Assembly: GCF_001194135.2 (NCBI RefSeq)
Contig: NC_068985.1
Location: forward strand, 88,031,880 to 88,095,879
Source: Octopus bimaculoides
Lineage: Eukaryota
DNA: 64,000 nucleotides
Direction of reading: 5' to 3'
The notes below the pieces were generated by a model, which saw only the letters and a list, made by a program, of their open reading frames with translations, was not told the origin of the DNA and did no database searches. Of the stretch, positions 1 through 12,685 are shown one piece after another. Every line of letters starts with the position of its first letter. Within the stretch, counting starts at the first letter, position 1. Position numbers and translations under genes: made by a program.

Positions 1-46
<46 letters not shown>
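1..46. repeat. (TA)n microsatellite
   Basis: Pure TA run at window start. Confidence 0.97.
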
Positions 47-48
<2 letters not shown>

Positions 49-390
49 CTGTGTTTGTTTGTGTGCGCGCGCGTGTGCGTAAGTGTGTCTGTGTGTTTTG
101 TGCGTGAAACATTACTATGAATTTGTTCAAAAATATTTTACCAGCCTTAAATACGATTATGTTTATACATGGCTTACAGTTCGGAGTACGCCATAGCCGT
201 TGCCTATATAAGTTTGTATAGTAATGTTATATAGGCCAAAAAGGTTTTTTGTCGATGCTTCATCTAAAGCATTCTAATAAATAACTCTAGCGTGTCCATT
301 GCGCATGCACACTTGTTTGATAATCAACATAGTTCGACGCAAACTATAATGAGACAGCTTGTATTTGGTGCTCATGGGTCCACTCTGAAA

Positions 391-1420
391 ATGTTGAACC
401 AAAGAGGTTATTATAAACCCGTCCTGTATAGTTTTTTTTTTTAACGAGACAAAAAAGCAGCGGAAACCTACAGGAAAATATGCGCTGTGTACAGAGGGAG
501 TATTGTCACGAAACGGGTATGTCGGACTTAATTTAGAAGACTGATTGGGAAACATTTCGATTCCAGATGTAACTCACTCTAATCGGCGAACTGAGATTAT
601 TAGCGATAGCAACCTCCGTTACACGACAGCAATAATCTCAGTGATTCTCTAAATACCTGCTTCAAGTGTTGAAAATTTTGTACATGAAGGTAGTTGTGTC
701 AGTATGTTGTATGTTTGTATTGAACATCAGGTGAATTGAGCTAATCTCGGCCGAAATATTGCCCCCTTGGATTTAGTGCACAATCATGAAGAAATGTATC
801 CTCTTTCAAGACAATTGTAAGAGGGAAAGAATTGTAAGAGGAACGAATTTTAAGAGGGAACACAAACTGTATCGACTATAATAATATGAAGTGCAAACAA
901 CGATGAGAAATTTTCGGCAAAGTACAATAATTAATCCTTACAGGAAGACTTCATCAGAGAAGGTTATGCTGTGAATTTGATGAAATTAAAAGGATTTTGT
1001 CTTTTACGAGCTTCTTTCCACAGACAGGGCAATCAACGGATGACAACGGTGACCAGCTCGAAAAATTAAACGCATCAGAATCTTTCCGCACTAGCTAATC
1101 ATAAGGCTATTGCCTTTCTTCACGACAATATCAGCCCTCCCACATCTTTGCCGATGTGGCACAGGTGACTGGGGTCATGGCTGAAAACATTTTTCCGCAC
1201 CTTCCTTATTTGACCCCACCTTGGGCCTACAGATATTAACCTTTATCAATCTTTAAAATTGATTGCATACACATGTCTTGAACTCTGACGCGGATGTAAA
1301 GCTTCACGTCGTAAAGGTTTTTGCCAGTAAAGACAAGAAATTCTTTCAGCTGGAATAACGGATCAGACTACAAGATGACAGAAGGTTCTGGAATGAAATG
1401 GTAATTATATTACTGATTGA
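391..1420 (+). mobile_element. Decayed near-full-length mariner (DD34D) transposase pseudogene
   Basis: Frameshift-tolerant translation gives AAETYRKICAVY (HTH), IDYNNMK, KVML..W..KG.VFYELL, FLHDN, HLPY..PDLAP-like and RWQKVLE.NGNYITD*; many stops and frameshifts. Confidence 0.85.
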
Positions 1421-2466
1421 ATAAATCGCTCGGTGTTTAAAACTTCTTCACGATTGTGCACTCAACTGAAGATGGCAATCGTTTGCGTGAGATTAGCTCA
1501 GTCAACTGATGTCGAACACAATCATAGAACATACTGACATAACTACGTTGATGCAGATAATTTCCAACACTGGATGCGGATATTTAGATACTATCTGTGA
1601 TCATCGTGATCGTATAACGGAAGTTGGTTTCGCTTAAAATATCCAACGGACATTTTATTCAACCCAGTCACATCCCCAGAATGAGATAATATGACACTGG
1701 GATTGTAAATTAGTTCAGAATATAAAACTGATATGACTTAAATAATTGCTTTGTCGATCGGTTTATTACTGGGTCACAATCGAAACACAAAAACAATATT
1801 GGCTGAATATGATAGTAAATGTTATCCTATTACTTTAAAATTTAATTTGTTACTAAAATTTGGTTGATGAAAAATGTAAAACCATGCATGTAATACGTCA
1901 GTGGAACTATTTCCATATTTGGTTATCCTTCATCCGGTTTAACATCACTACCTGATAACTTAGCTGTCTTTAGCAGAAATTGGACTGTGTCTCGCATTCA
2001 GAAGTGTTATTCCACCGATCTGAGGCTAATATGTTTCTGAACATCACTTTCTAAGGCTGTGAATATCTGAAAAGCGGAAAAGAGATATTGTGTTCCTCCT
2101 CTGATTTAGTCATGAGAAAAATATCTATTGTTATGTAGGCTTGCAATTACATAATCTGATGTCTATAAGATATATTCATGGACGGAAAATATTTGCAGTA
2201 ATTCACAGAGGAAAAAAAACACTTAGATAAACTGTTTTTTTTAAAGTTTCATCAAGAATAGTTGATGGCTATGGTGAGAGTGTTTTGCGTTGCATAATAG
2301 GTTTTAGAAAATGAGGTTTATACATAAATTGCTTAAAGGATCAGAAAAAATAGGGAGAAGAAATTGCTCAGTTGTAAAGCGTAAAAACATCAATTAATAC
2401 GTACATACATAACCTGCACACGCAAGGATACAGACTCACGAATATACATATACATACATATATATT

Positions 2467-2469
<3 letters not shown>

Positions 2470-2552
<83 letters not shown>
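2470..2552. repeat. (TA)n microsatellite
   Basis: Pure TA run; explains the IYIYIY ORF. Confidence 0.97.
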
Positions 2553-2556
<4 letters not shown>

Positions 2557-4231
2557 GAGAGAGAGACAGAGGGAGGTAGCATTTTTTAATGCGCAAATAT
2601 AAGTTTCAAGTGACAGGCTAATTTCTCTCGAGTTGAAGGTAAAACGATTTTAAGCAAAATACTACATATATTCTGGCATGCACTCAACTAAGGGCTTTTT
2701 ATTTCATGTATTCTCTTTTTCTGCGCTGGTCTTTCTCTAGGAAAAATATTTCTTATTTAGGATTTATATTCATTTACTTTATGAAGTATCAAATTTTGCT
2801 ATGGAAGCTTCTCTTTCGGACGCCCCTGGTAAAACATCTAGAATTTCAGAAACATTTGAGAATTATGCTAACATTACAAAATGCCAGACGAAATTATTTT
2901 GCAGGAGATTCGTAATTTGCCTTTAACAGCGAATCTTCTTCAAATATATTTATTATGGTTTGAAACGGATAGATTTGATTTCATTTCTAATTCATGGTTA
3001 TCTTTATTTGTTTATAAGTGTTTGTATAGACGTTGCTACGTTGATAAATGATCAAAATGTTCTGTTTCTGTTTACTCAAGAATAAATGGCAACCTAGAAA
3101 CAACAACTTTCTGTAGTCAATCTAAATATTACACATTTTCCTTTTCAGAATGCTTAGCAGCATTTAAGATGTCATCCTTAATCTGCTAATATATCTTTGC
3201 AGAAAATAGATTTACGCATTAGCATTTTAACTGCTATTTAAACTTCATATTTCAAGGATGATTTCGATGACTTAGACAAATCTCTGCTTTTAGAAAAGTC
3301 TTAAATATCTTAACCAATTCGATGTTAGTCATTTGAAATTCAAACAAGATAATGATAGCTAGCATTATCTAAATTGGGAGAAATATATCATTAGATTCTT
3401 CTGACTCATAGCACTGACTCATGTAGAAGTGTTGGCTATTTGTTTTTTACTATTAAAATATGGTGATTAAATGGGAACATGATGCTATTAAGCTTCTTTA
3501 TTTCCTGCTGATTGTATCGAATACAAATAAATCCTGTTTAGTGAAATACACTAATCGTGAAAAAAATTCTATTTTTTCCTTCTGCAGAGTGTTACATTCC
3601 ATTATGTGTACAAAGTTCATGACTGTATATTAAGTGTAATGGCAATTAGGTCACACAAACATGGTGTAAGAATTAATTGTAGGATGAATTGAGGATTTTA
3701 TTTTTATTTAAATTAAGTTACGGAAAGTACATGACTTTTGATATTTTGGTGTACATACCATAACAGCAGTTATCACAGATAACTCCTGCTCTGAACAGAA
3801 TCTGGAACCGTGTAGTTGAGAAGCGAACCTCACAGCTAAATATATATAGCTCTTGGCTTTAAGGTAATCACGAGAAGCCTGGTTGGAGGGCCAGACATCG
3901 GAGTTCTTTTATTTTTTTTACAGGGCTTACAAAAACTGGAGGACAGCTGCAATATATGTCTAAATCCGAGAAGGGAATATGTTGGATATATTCATGAATA
4001 ACCGATTCTCCTGTATTTTCTTTTACTTAAAATCGGGAACGTTTCAGTAACTCCTCTTAGGCGCGCGTACAACCACACCCACACATAAACACACATACGC
4101 ACTCTCACACACACGCATATATATGTGTATATGTACATGAATATTTATATATATATATTTGTGTGTCAATATGCATATATATAAATGTGTGTGTATGTAT
4201 ATTATGTATGCTTCTATGTATATATATATAT

Positions 4232-4511
4232 NNNNNNNNNNNNNNNNNNNNNNNNNNNNNNNNNNNNNNNNNNNNNNNNNNNNNNNNNNNNNNNNNNNNN
4301 NNNNNNNNNNNNNNNNNNNNNNNNNNNNNNNNNNNNNNNNNNNNNNNNNNNNNNNNNNNNNNNNNNNNNNNNNNNNNNNNNNNNNNNNNNNNNNNNNNNN
4401 NNNNNNNNNNNNNNNNNNNNNNNNNNNNNNNNNNNNNNNNNNNNNNNNNNNNNNNNNNNNNNNNNNNNNNNNNNNNNNNNNNNNNNNNNNNNNNNNNNNN
4501 NNNNNNNNNNN
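4232..4511. other. Assembly gap flanked by (TA)n
   Basis: N run. Confidence 0.99.
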
Positions 4512-4530
4512 TATATATATATATATATAT

Positions 4531-4590
4531 GTGGCTGTGTGGTAAGAAGCTTGCTTACCAATTACCAACCACATGGTTGCTGATTCAGTC
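4531..4590 (+). mobile_element. SINE family B, 5' head fragment
   Basis: gtggctgtgtggtaagaagcttgctt...accacatgg...ttcagtc matches the heads at 60452 (+) and about 62000 (-). Confidence 0.6.
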
Positions 4591-4889
4591 ATCGGTGGAC
4601 TATAAGCAACAAAATAAATTGTAATTTAAATTTTTAGCCCCATCTCAATTAAGATAGATAGATAGATAGATATAGATATAGATATAGATATCTTCTGAGC
4701 CGTTCTTTTTTTATGTGTATACATGTATATATATATTTTGTTCATTAAAATCCAATGATTTATCTGTTTATTTGCATCGCTGTATGTACGTATGTATGTA
4801 TGTATGCATGTATGTATTTATATATGTTTATGTGTGTGTGTGTGTGTGAGTGTATCAATGTATGTATTTATAAGTGCATGTGTTATTGA

Positions 4890-5480
4890 AGTAATTTCGA
4901 GAAGTTTCCAAACGAATGACGTGCCCCGCCGAGTGAATTGAACACCTGATATGATTTTTCAGTGTCATTTATACGTTATATGTAGAACACTTTTTTCTTT
5001 GTTGTCATCGGAAACATCTGATTCGACCGCTGCATATGGTTCACGTTCCACATTTATCCAATAATGTTGGGTTACCTACAACATGATAATTCTGAATCTT
5101 TGTTTTGTGCCAAAGAACACGAAGCAAAGTAACGTGACGGTCTCGATTCCTTTGCCAATGGCTTATTATTAAAGAGTTCAACACTGGCGCATTTCAAGAA
5201 AACTGTTCAATAATTTCAGGGTTTCTTTTTATGATATTAATGGTGAGATCAAATGTTTTGCATGACTTGGAAAATCTATTTACAATTTCTTACGATTCTT
5301 CCGAAGAATGTTCGACGCATGCAAGACCATTTTCAAAATGCAGCTCATGGATCAATTCCTCTCTAGTTTTTCTCATTGTATTGAACCATTTAATATTGAA
5401 TTAATGGCTGCTAGAGCAGAAAATGTTTTACTTACCTCAGAAGTGATATCTCATCCACCGAAAATGACAGATCAATCTTT
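4890..5480 (-). mobile_element. RTE-clade LINE reverse transcriptase remnant
   Basis: Minus translation LIHELHFENGLACVEHSSEES*EIVNRFSKSCKTFDLTIN resembles RTE LIRELLFADDAAL.AHS...LQ..DRF..AC..FGLTIS; downstream AGHVIRLETSR resembles WAGHV.RM. Confidence 0.7.
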
Positions 5481-5608
5481 TGTAAAGCAAAAGCATGGAG
5501 TGCACTGACCAATTCAAAAATAATTTGGAAGTCTACACTGCCTGACCAAATGAACAGTGAACACTAAATAAACATGAACGACTCAGTTCTCCTTTTCGGT
5601 TCGTCACG

Positions 5609-6419
5609 ATGGAATCTGCAAAGAATAAAATAGAAATACAGATCGAACTTGGCGTGATCGCCACACGTATGTTGTGTGCTCTTCTTAGAAAATAATGGAA
5701 GCAATAATCAGCGAAACAAGTTTATGGAAATAACTCCGAACATTTTCTCAATCATTCGAGAGCGGCGATCTCTGTTACCGTAGTAAAGATGATTTAGTGA
5801 GAGGGATTTTAACGATGATTTAGTGTTCTTCGCCTTGGTTGGACCATAATGAAGCATCGAAACCTTCCCTAAACCAGAGCTTTTCAAAACGTAGGTTATG
5901 GTGACTGTTAGGTAGTGTACTGTGTGCCTCAACCACTTAAAACCACTTAAAACCCAGAGAAATCATTACTGCAGAAAGCTGCCATGAAATTGCCAAAATG
6001 AACGAGAATCTGCAGACCTCCGTCCCTGACTGATCAACAGAAGAGGGTCAATCATTTTTCATGACAATGCTTGATTACGCTCCAGAAGTCGAGGGACCTT
6101 GGCTATGAAGTTCTTCCCCACGCAACTTATTCTTCTGACCATTCTTCTACCGAAAATCACCTTTTCAAGCACTGTGATAGTTTCCTGCGAGAGAAATAGT
6201 TCAAAAATCAAACCTATGCTGAAAGTACGTTAAAAGGGTTCATTAGCTCCAGAACTCCATGTTTTCATATTACCCGAATAAACGAACTTATAACGCGTTG
6301 GCAAAATCGTGTTGATTGTAATGGTAATTACTTTGATGAATAAAATTTCCGCGTTGTTGAAATATATTGTGACGAATTTCATGTTTCAACACATTACTTA
6401 CGTTTTACTCAGCCTGATA
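5609..6419 (+). mobile_element. Internally deleted mariner (Hsmar1/cecropia-like) remnant
   Basis: WLDHNEA, PKPEL..VMVTV, IFHDNA and GYEVLPHATYSSDHSSTENHLFKH...RWQNRVDCNGNYFDE* (stop 6341-6343); TIR-like end ttactcagcctgaTA at 6405-6419. Confidence 0.85.
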
Positions 6420-6911
6420 CCATTAGAATATTGAAACGTATACTTAACAATCAAAAAGGTACGAGAATATACCAGGGAGCAACATTAAAATCCGGTTTGT
6501 CTGACGTGAAATATGGGAATTGTCAAAATATTAGTAACTGGAAAGTAATGTCACTATTTAGTTCCGTTCAAGCATGTTTTGAGTATACGATATCTACAAA
6601 AGCCGCGTTGAATGCTAGTTTGATGTAGAGAAAATTCTCCGCTTAAGGCACTAGGAGTTCTTTGAATGTGCCCTCATGTCTGTTATCAGGACCTTGTTTC
6701 TACAAGAGAGAAGCATTACTTTCGAAACATTGGTATCCTTGTAGTATTTCAACAAAGTGCAGTGCACATTAGCCAAGAATCTGGAAATGCTTCCGCTGAG
6801 GGTACTTTGAAATGAATGTTGGCTGTTATTAAACACATGTTGCCTGAAGCGAGAAAAGATTTCCGATCAAAATAACAGTGAATCCTTAATTTGCGCACGT
6901 TAATGTATTAC

Positions 6912-7188
6912 AAATAATATAAATAAGGTACATAATTCCTCATCTCTTAAATATAGAACTGTATTATCTAATCGGTACGGAGCCAACATTAAACCTCAAT
7001 GGAGACATATAGAGAAACTCCAAAAACTAGCTCGTCTTTCAAACCATAACTTAGGAATGATAACCTAGGTTCGAAATTTCCCCAAGACACCTGTTGAAGG
7101 CTGGAGTATGTATCAGCGGAAACGTTGTGTTGACATCAAACAGGATGAGGACAAATATCCGCCAATTGTAAATAATATAAATAATGTA
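6912..7188 (+). mobile_element. Circularly permuted Penelope-like pLTR unit with ORF N-terminus and degenerate hammerhead
   Basis: Body 7050-7188 matches the 3' half of 8788-9042 and 14066-14281. Segment 6912-6963 matches the tail at 25102-25147. Terminal redundancy aaataatataaataa(g/t)gta at both ends. Confidence 0.75.
7086..7131 (+). ncRNA. Minimal type I hammerhead motif, degenerate (A6>U)
   Basis: GACAC CUGUUGA A GGCUG..CAGCG GAAAC GUU GUGUU. Confidence 0.6.
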
Positions 7189-8160
7189 TATTACAAACCT
7201 CTTTGAATTGATCTAAATATTTGTTTATTCGCGCTCCAATTGCAATATAATGTTACCCTTTCAACATCATTAGTATATGTATTGACCGGCGAACACGAAA
7301 CGATATATTTGTGGGAAAATGTATCAGATTTACAAAGTGCTTAGTAATATTTAGTTTACGGGCAGCGTTTTCGATACAAAAAGTGTCTTTGATGAAATCA
7401 TTAAACTAATCCTGCTGGTTTCACTTCTTGTCTGTCGCTGGACATTTCATGTAAAAATACAAGGCGTTTACATCTGTTTACACTGCCAATGTTGTCATCC
7501 AATGAATATTTATAAACCAGGAACATCGCAGCATAGGACAAAGGAACAAGCACGTTTCATAAAGTTAAACATTTTGGATGTGTTTCTGTGACATGGGGAG
7601 CGGAGAGAACCAATTTTCCTCCTATGGTCGCTATCAGAGGCCGACAGTACTTTAAGTGTTTATTACAGCGATGATCAAAGGTGTAACATTTTGCTCGACA
7701 CCTCGAAACATTTATGACCTTGTGACATTCGAAATTATCGAAAATTTCAGTCTTTAATAATTATATGCCTATTTCAATAAGTGCAAAGTAACAGCAATAT
7801 TTTATCCTGAGAATTAAGAACCAGAAATATTTAGAGCTAATTGGTGAATGTCATAACTGAATTTCAAATACTTTGACTTTAGAACGTATTCATAAATGCC
7901 ATATTATTTAGATTAATATTTATTTTTCATACGTGGGCTGTTTGCGTAGAAAGGAACTATTAACGTAATCAATTATATCACAAGTAGATCCACCATGTAT
8001 GCAAACTTTAGTAAAGAGAATAGAATCAAAACAGGTTCGTAACATAACTGCGTTCTTGAAATTATACGTTATGATGTGGGAAATCATTGAACAGTCAGAG
8101 TTAAATATACTAGCAGAAAGATTTCAATTCAGCAAGCCATCTGTGAACTTTGCAATGTGA

Positions 8161-8216
<56 letters not shown>

Positions 8217-8217
8217 A

Positions 8218-8268
<51 letters not shown>
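8161..8268. repeat. Compound (GT)n(GA)n microsatellite
   Basis: Direct reading. Confidence 0.95.
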
Positions 8269-8272
<4 letters not shown>

Positions 8273-8787
8273 TACAGACAGAGAATGAGAGAGGGAGAAC
8301 ATTGCAAACAATGAATGAAATAAAGAATGAATGAAAGAATCATATAAATGAAAGGGCGTTACTACAGATGTATACGCCCCCGATTGTGTTGCCTCATAAC
8401 ATCTAGAAAAATGGATGCTTTTTACTAAACATGTTCTACAACTACTACACAAATGTTGTGGCTTCAGTGTATAGAGGAATTTATGCGAAAAATCTTTCCG
8501 AGAGGTTGGAGAGAAAGGAGTTTGGGAAAATTCACACCGTCTGATTTTTATCCCTCACAACTTTCAGGACAATCGGTATCTTTTAATGAAAGTTTATACA
8601 AATCACCTTACAAACAGCATAGATTACGATTATAAAGAAATCTGTGAGCAAACCTGTTTTGGTAATTTTCCTCAATGTTTTTAAACCACAGTCTTCGAAA
8701 TCATGGGGGTGAGGTGGGCATCAGTGGGTGAAAAAATGCTTATCCATGGTGATTAAAAAAAAAATGTTACGATAATTCATTTTAATA

Positions 8788-8855
8788 GCATATGGCGTAG
8801 TGGTTAAGAGCGTGGGCTACTAACCAAAGATTCCGAGTTCGATTACAAGCAGTGA

Positions 8856-8894
<39 letters not shown>

Positions 8895-9042
8895 CATTAA
8901 AAAATACCTTAGCAATGAGAACCCAGGTTCCAAATTTCCCCAAGAAACCTGATGAAGGCTGGAGGGTATATCAGCTGAAAAAGTGTTAACAACAGACGAG
9001 ATGAGGACAAGTATCCGTCAAATGTAAATAATATAAATAATG
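8788..9042 (+). mobile_element. tRNA(Arg)-headed SINE with Penelope-type hammerhead tail (family H), full copy
   Basis: A box TGGCGTAGTGG 8793-8803, B box GTTCGATTAC 8837-8846, (AAT)n spacer, hammerhead core CTGATGA 8949-8955 with stem II GGCTG/CAGCT; stem III eroded. Confidence 0.85.
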
Positions 9043-9106
9043 AGTATACTTTTCTGTTCGAAAATGTATATATATATGTATATAAATATATATATATATA
9101 TATATA

Positions 9107-9951
9107 NNNNNNNNNNNNNNNNNNNNNNNNNNNNNNNNNNNNNNNNNNNNNNNNNNNNNNNNNNNNNNNNNNNNNNNNNNNNNNNNNNNNNNNNNNNNNN
9201 NNNNNNNNNNNNNNNNNNNNNNNNNNNNNNNNNNNNNNNNNNNNNNNNNNNNNNNNNNNNNNNNNNNNNNNNNNNNNNNNNNNNNNNNNNNNNNNNNNNN
9301 NNNNNNNNNNNNNNNNNNNNNNNNNNNNNNNNNNNNNNNNNNNNNNNNNNNNNNNNNNNNNNNNNNNNNNNNNNNNNNNNNNNNNNNNNNNNNNNNNNNN
9401 NNNNNNNNNNNNNNNNNNNNNNNNNNNNNNNNNNNNNNNNNNNNNNNNNNNNNNNNNNNNNNNNNNNNNNNNNNNNNNNNNNNNNNNNNNNNNNNNNNNN
9501 NNNNNNNNNNNNNNNNNNNNNNNNNNNNNNNNNNNNNNNNNNNNNNNNNNNNNNNNNNNNNNNNNNNNNNNNNNNNNNNNNNNNNNNNNNNNNNNNNNNN
9601 NNNNNNNNNNNNNNNNNNNNNNNNNNNNNNNNNNNNNNNNNNNNNNNNNNNNNNNNNNNNNNNNNNNNNNNNNNNNNNNNNNNNNNNNNNNNNNNNNNNN
9701 NNNNNNNNNNNNNNNNNNNNNNNNNNNNNNNNNNNNNNNNNNNNNNNNNNNNNNNNNNNNNNNNNNNNNNNNNNNNNNNNNNNNNNNNNNNNNNNNNNNN
9801 NNNNNNNNNNNNNNNNNNNNNNNNNNNNNNNNNNNNNNNNNNNNNNNNNNNNNNNNNNNNNNNNNNNNNNNNNNNNNNNNNNNNNNNNNNNNNNNNNNNN
9901 NNNNNNNNNNNNNNNNNNNNNNNNNNNNNNNNNNNNNNNNNNNNNNNNNNN
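9107..9951. other. Assembly gap flanked by (TA)n
   Basis: N run. Confidence 0.99.
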
Positions 9952-9994
<43 letters not shown>

Positions 9995-10922
9995 GTATGT
10001 ATGGATGTATGTATGTATACACGTGTATATACATAGATATTTGTATATGCACACGCAGATATACCTATATATTTATATATGTGTGTACGTGTATTTGCTT
10101 AGATGTAAATTTGCAAAAACTCGCTCACATAAATAGGTAAAGAAAGATGCATAGAAGCAGATAAAGACAGCGAAGAGTAATATGGGAAACTATATATTAT
10201 TTGTATACCTAAATGTGTTAGTGACATTGTGCTGTTTATATATATAGCATAATTTAAGAGATATTCCTATATATACATGTATGCGCAAGAAACATATCTG
10301 CATGCATTAGCCTATACACGAACATGTATATACATACATATTATATATACATATATATATATAAACATATGTATATATATATGGGTGTGTAATGCGTACA
10401 CTCCAGTTTGACGGTGTTCGTGATAATATATACACATACCAATTTGTGTTTGTGTGAGTGTTTGACAGGCTGGCTTTTTGATTACTTGTGCATGTATGTG
10501 TGAATATATTTTTGAAGAGAAGACATTTTCGGTTCTCTAAATACGCTAAAACAACATAGAAAAACCAAGAATAATATCGATTCTGTTCATTGCATGGAAT
10601 AGAAACTTTAATACGAGATCATATTTTGTATGTTTTGACTTCTCTTCATTCATTACTCATACTTGCCGCATCTTCAATGGACTGCTCGTTTCTACCTTCT
10701 TCTCGCTTTATATTCGATGTCTTATTTAAAGCTGAATCATCGAGACATTCAATATTCCCTGTGTTTCTAGTGCGATGTCCATTTCTTTATCTTAGTACAC
10801 CTCATCCTAGAAAGAAACAAGTAAAACAAATACAAACAGCGCTACGAATAGGTACCTCCCCCCCACCAACATAGAGGTACGCAATATGTATAAACACAGT
10901 TATTTATATCTCTCTTCATATA

Positions 10923-10925
<3 letters not shown>

Positions 10926-10991
<66 letters not shown>
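10926..10991. repeat. (TA)n microsatellite
   Basis: Direct reading. Confidence 0.95.
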
Positions 10992-10994
<3 letters not shown>

Positions 10995-12685
10995 AACACA
11001 CACATTAATGTTTGTGTATGTATATGTGTGTGTGTTTATGAATACGTTTATATGAGTTTATATGAATACATGAGCGTATATGTGAATGCATGAATGTATA
11101 TGTATATTACACGCACACATGCAGTTATATATGCGAATACGAATACACATGAATATGCGTATACACATAAATACTTACAAATATATCAATATCTATGTAT
11201 CTCTCTCTACACACACATATACAGACATACATACACACGCACACCGATATACACGCACAGACACACGCATATATATATACGCACACACATACATACACAC
11301 ACAAACATAAATATTTATGCACGCGCTTTTATATATGCCTATGTATGCATTCAGATAAATTCTTCGGAAAGAAATCACAAAACTGTTGTCAATTCTCTCC
11401 TTAATGTTATACCTTCTCTTTGTATTTATTTCGTTTTTAATTTTTGTCCATCATTTTGATAATTGTAGGAAGCATCACGTCATCTCTCTATATAGGAGGC
11501 TTAGCTAAACACTATCTATCTTTCTTACGGTATCTGTCAAGAAATTGGCTATATCTTTCTAAATATTTGCTGGCTTAAGAAAAAATAAGTGATATATGAA
11601 AGCCTAATTTCTCTCTCTTTTTTTTTATTTCGATAGAACCGGAGAATTTTTTCAAGGAATTTACTGTCGAAATAGAATTGAAGCATATCTTTCTTTATTG
11701 TGATCATTACATGTAGTGATATGCGTTTTATCTTGCAGTTTTTCGATGAAATCCTTCCATATAATTTCTCTGAGTTGTCAAACTGATGATAGCTTTATTG
11801 GCACTATCTCCGCTGTTTGATTTTTCTGGGGAAGCTAAGAGAATTAGCACATTTTTCAAACATGTTTATTTATTTATCGCTAATATTTAAATAACTACAA
11901 GACAACTTCATATATAGGTGGGTAACATTAGAATCCAATGCTGACTGCTACCTGAAAATTTAGGTTAAATTTTAAGATGTTGAGATAATATTTGCAATTA
12001 TGTTATTATTTGAGCAAGTAACTTAAAGTTTATTCCATCCTGTATTTCCATTGCAAATTTTAGTGCTAATATATTTCATCATGAGCCACTAAACAAGTCG
12101 CCACAAGGTTACTCGGAGTTTTGGTGAAGGCAGCCAAACCCTTGACATGGCAAACAATACCTACTTAAATAAAATGTATAGATAATCGCAAAAATCACAG
12201 TATGGTTGTGTCAATGTATATGGTCTGGTGCTTATGTATTTTGAACCAAGAACATAACGAAGTAGATTCATTTCTTGGCCTGGGGATGGCACTGTGACGT
12301 TGACCAAGGAAGTCTGAGTCACGATGCTTCAGCTTATTCCGCTAAAAATGAGTACAAGGCTACTGTAGGCTTTTCGTCCGTCTCTTTCCAGTCGTCACTC
12401 TACGCATGAGCCAAAGAATGAGAAGGAGAGTATGTTATCTGCATTACTTCATGAGTGCATAAGCACCTGAACCAAATAACAAAAATAGTATAAACCACGA
12501 ATCCAAACTCACACTTAGGTGATGGTTATCTCCATCAATCTCCTCTTCCTTCTCTCGCTCTTTTCACCTCTTTTTTGTTTGTTATCGGGACGGTTTTCTT
12601 TTAAGATAGTTTATAGCCCTAGATCAGGAGTGATTTGAGGCTATACAAATACAGCAACAACAAACGGTACCATATTCTTTTCTTG

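Noticed and set aside
4044-4624. Long ORFs spanning N-gaps (also 8909-10140, 30264-31136, 53304-54066, 55245-55979, 57445-58473)
   Set aside because: Open only because N codons translate as X and the flanks are microsatellites.
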